Origin: an uncultured virus (IMG/VR IMGVR_UViG_3300036857_000120) | Lineage: Duplodnaviria; Heunggongvirae; Uroviricota; Caudoviricetes | Reading direction: 5' to 3' (one strand) | Virus record (IMG/VR): IMGVR_UViG_3300036857_000120 | Length of the DNA stretch: 64,000 bases | Shown: one piece after another, positions 62,932 through 64,000 of the stretch | Layout of the letters: every line of letters begins with the position of its first letter | Numbering within the stretch: position 1 is the stretch's first letter | Notes under the pieces: model-generated | The model's input: only the letters and a program-made list of their open reading frames with translations | What the model was told of the DNA's origin: nothing | Database searches by the model: none | Translations under genes and position numbers: made by a program

Positions 62932-64000
62932 ATGCCGATGAAGCCGCACAAGGGCGAGAGCGAGTCGGAATTCATGAACCGATGCGTCCCGGAGATGCTC
63001 GCGTCGGACAGTAGTCGGAGCAATGAGCAAGCCGTCGCGATCTGTGCCGACATTTGGGACCGCCGCGACAAGTCGGAGATCCGTCAACCTCCTCCGGTCG
63101 ATCCGGGCGAGAGCCATGGCGAATATATCGACCGTTGCGTCGAGCAATTGGTCGACGAGGAGGACCTCGACGAGAGCGAGGCCGAAGATATTTGCGAAAT
63201 GGAATGGGAGAACCGCATGACGACGCCGGTCATCACGAAGACTCACGCCGACGCGAGCGCGGGCGATCCGCTGTCCTTCGTTCTCTCCGATGCAACGCCG
63301 GATCGTTACGGCGACGTCATCGTCGTCGACGGGTGGCAACTCGGAAACTTCAAAAAAAATCCGGTCGCACTGTTTAGCCACGACCCGAAATTCATCGTCG
63401 GCCGATGGAAAAATCTCCGCGTCGAGAGCAATGGTCTCCGCGGCGATCTGGAGCTCGCGCGCGAGGGGACGTCGGATCGGATCGACGAGATCCGTCGTCT
63501 CGTCGAGGCCGGGATCCTCAAAGCGGTCTCCGTCGGTTTCAAGCCGCTCGAGCACGAGCCTATCGACAAGGAAGATCCTTGGGGCGGCGTGCGCTACACC
63601 AAATCCGAGCTAGTCGAGACTTCACTCGTGGCCGTTCCCGCAAATCCAAACGCGCTCGCGGTCGCGAAAAGTTTCGGCGTTTCTCCCGACACCTTGCGGC
63701 TCGTCTTCGCCAAGCATGGCACGGAAGACGAGACGACCAGGCGGCGGGACCTCCGCGCCAAGCATGGCGAATCGCAGCATCGAAACGACAGGAGGGGAGC
63801 GATGACGCTCGCCCAACGCATCCAGAATATCGAGGCGTCGATTGTCGCCAAGCGCGACGCGCTCGACGCGCTACTCGCGAAGATGGACGACACCGACGTC
63901 AAGGACGCCGAGCTTACCGAGATGAACGATCTCAACGCCGATCTGGCTCGCCTGGAGAGGGCGCACGCCGGATTGATCGAATCCGAGAAGCGTCTCGCGA
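62932..64000 (+). CDS. Prohead protease-major capsid fusion (3' partial)
   Basis: DRYGD, NPV.LF.HD, AVSVGF, E.SLV.VPANP; in-frame internal RBS+ATG at 63802 followed by coiled coil. Confidence 0.85.
   Translation, partial: MPMKPHKGESESEFMNRCVPEMLASDSSRSNEQAVAICADIWDRRDKSEIRQPPPVDPGESHGEYIDRCVEQLVDEEDLDESEAEDICEMEWENRMTTPVITKTHADASAGDPLSFVLSDATPDRYGDVIVVDGWQLGNFKKNPVALFSHDPKFIVGRWKNLRVESNGLRGDLELAREGTSDRIDEIRRLVEAGILKAVSVGFKPLEHEPIDKEDPWGGVRYTKSELVETSLVAVPANPNALAVAKSFGVSPDTLRLVFAKHGTEDETTRRRDLRAKHGESQHRNDRRGAMTLAQRIQNIEASIVAKRDALDALLAKMDDTDVKDAELTEMNDLNADLARLERAHAGLIESEKRLA

Noticed and set aside
1..64000. tRNA, rRNA, integrase or transposase genes
   Set aside because: No cloverleaf/T-loop signature or recombinase motifs recognised by eye; tRNAscan and HMM searches would be needed to exclude them fully

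Overview
The window is most of a GC-rich tailed-phage genome, probably infecting an Alphaproteobacterium (Rhizobiales-like; inferred from the GapR and XRE homologues). It is read across a permuted junction. Layout: 1-19 kb, Mu-like contractile-tail baseplate, three fibre genes and lysis (+); 19-35 kb, leftward early genes (HTH regulators, radical SAM, a QueF-like/YhhQ/DpdA-like deazaguanine module, YqaJ recombination); 35.5-43.7 kb, rightward GapR, three DNA methyltransferases, RuvC-like resolvase, AAA helicase, iteron origin and a NusG paralogue; 43.7-47.8 kb, late promoter with structured leader, HNH, candidate cos, ParB and a collagen/YadA protein; 47.8-57.6 kb, a leftward cassette array with repeated sigma70-like promoters and a repeated hairpin-RBS element; 57.7-64 kb, terS, terL, glycosyltransferase, methyltransferase, a capsid-fold paralogue and a protease-capsid fusion. 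No integrase, tRNA, CRISPR array or reverse transcriptase was seen. The strongest oddities are a 194-nt, compositionally foreign, fold-back element replacing the core of a PAPS-reductase-like gene (54616-54809), the six-copy start-associated hairpin, and the NusG-promoter-structured RNA unit. Family calls come from motif recognition by eye; no database was searched.
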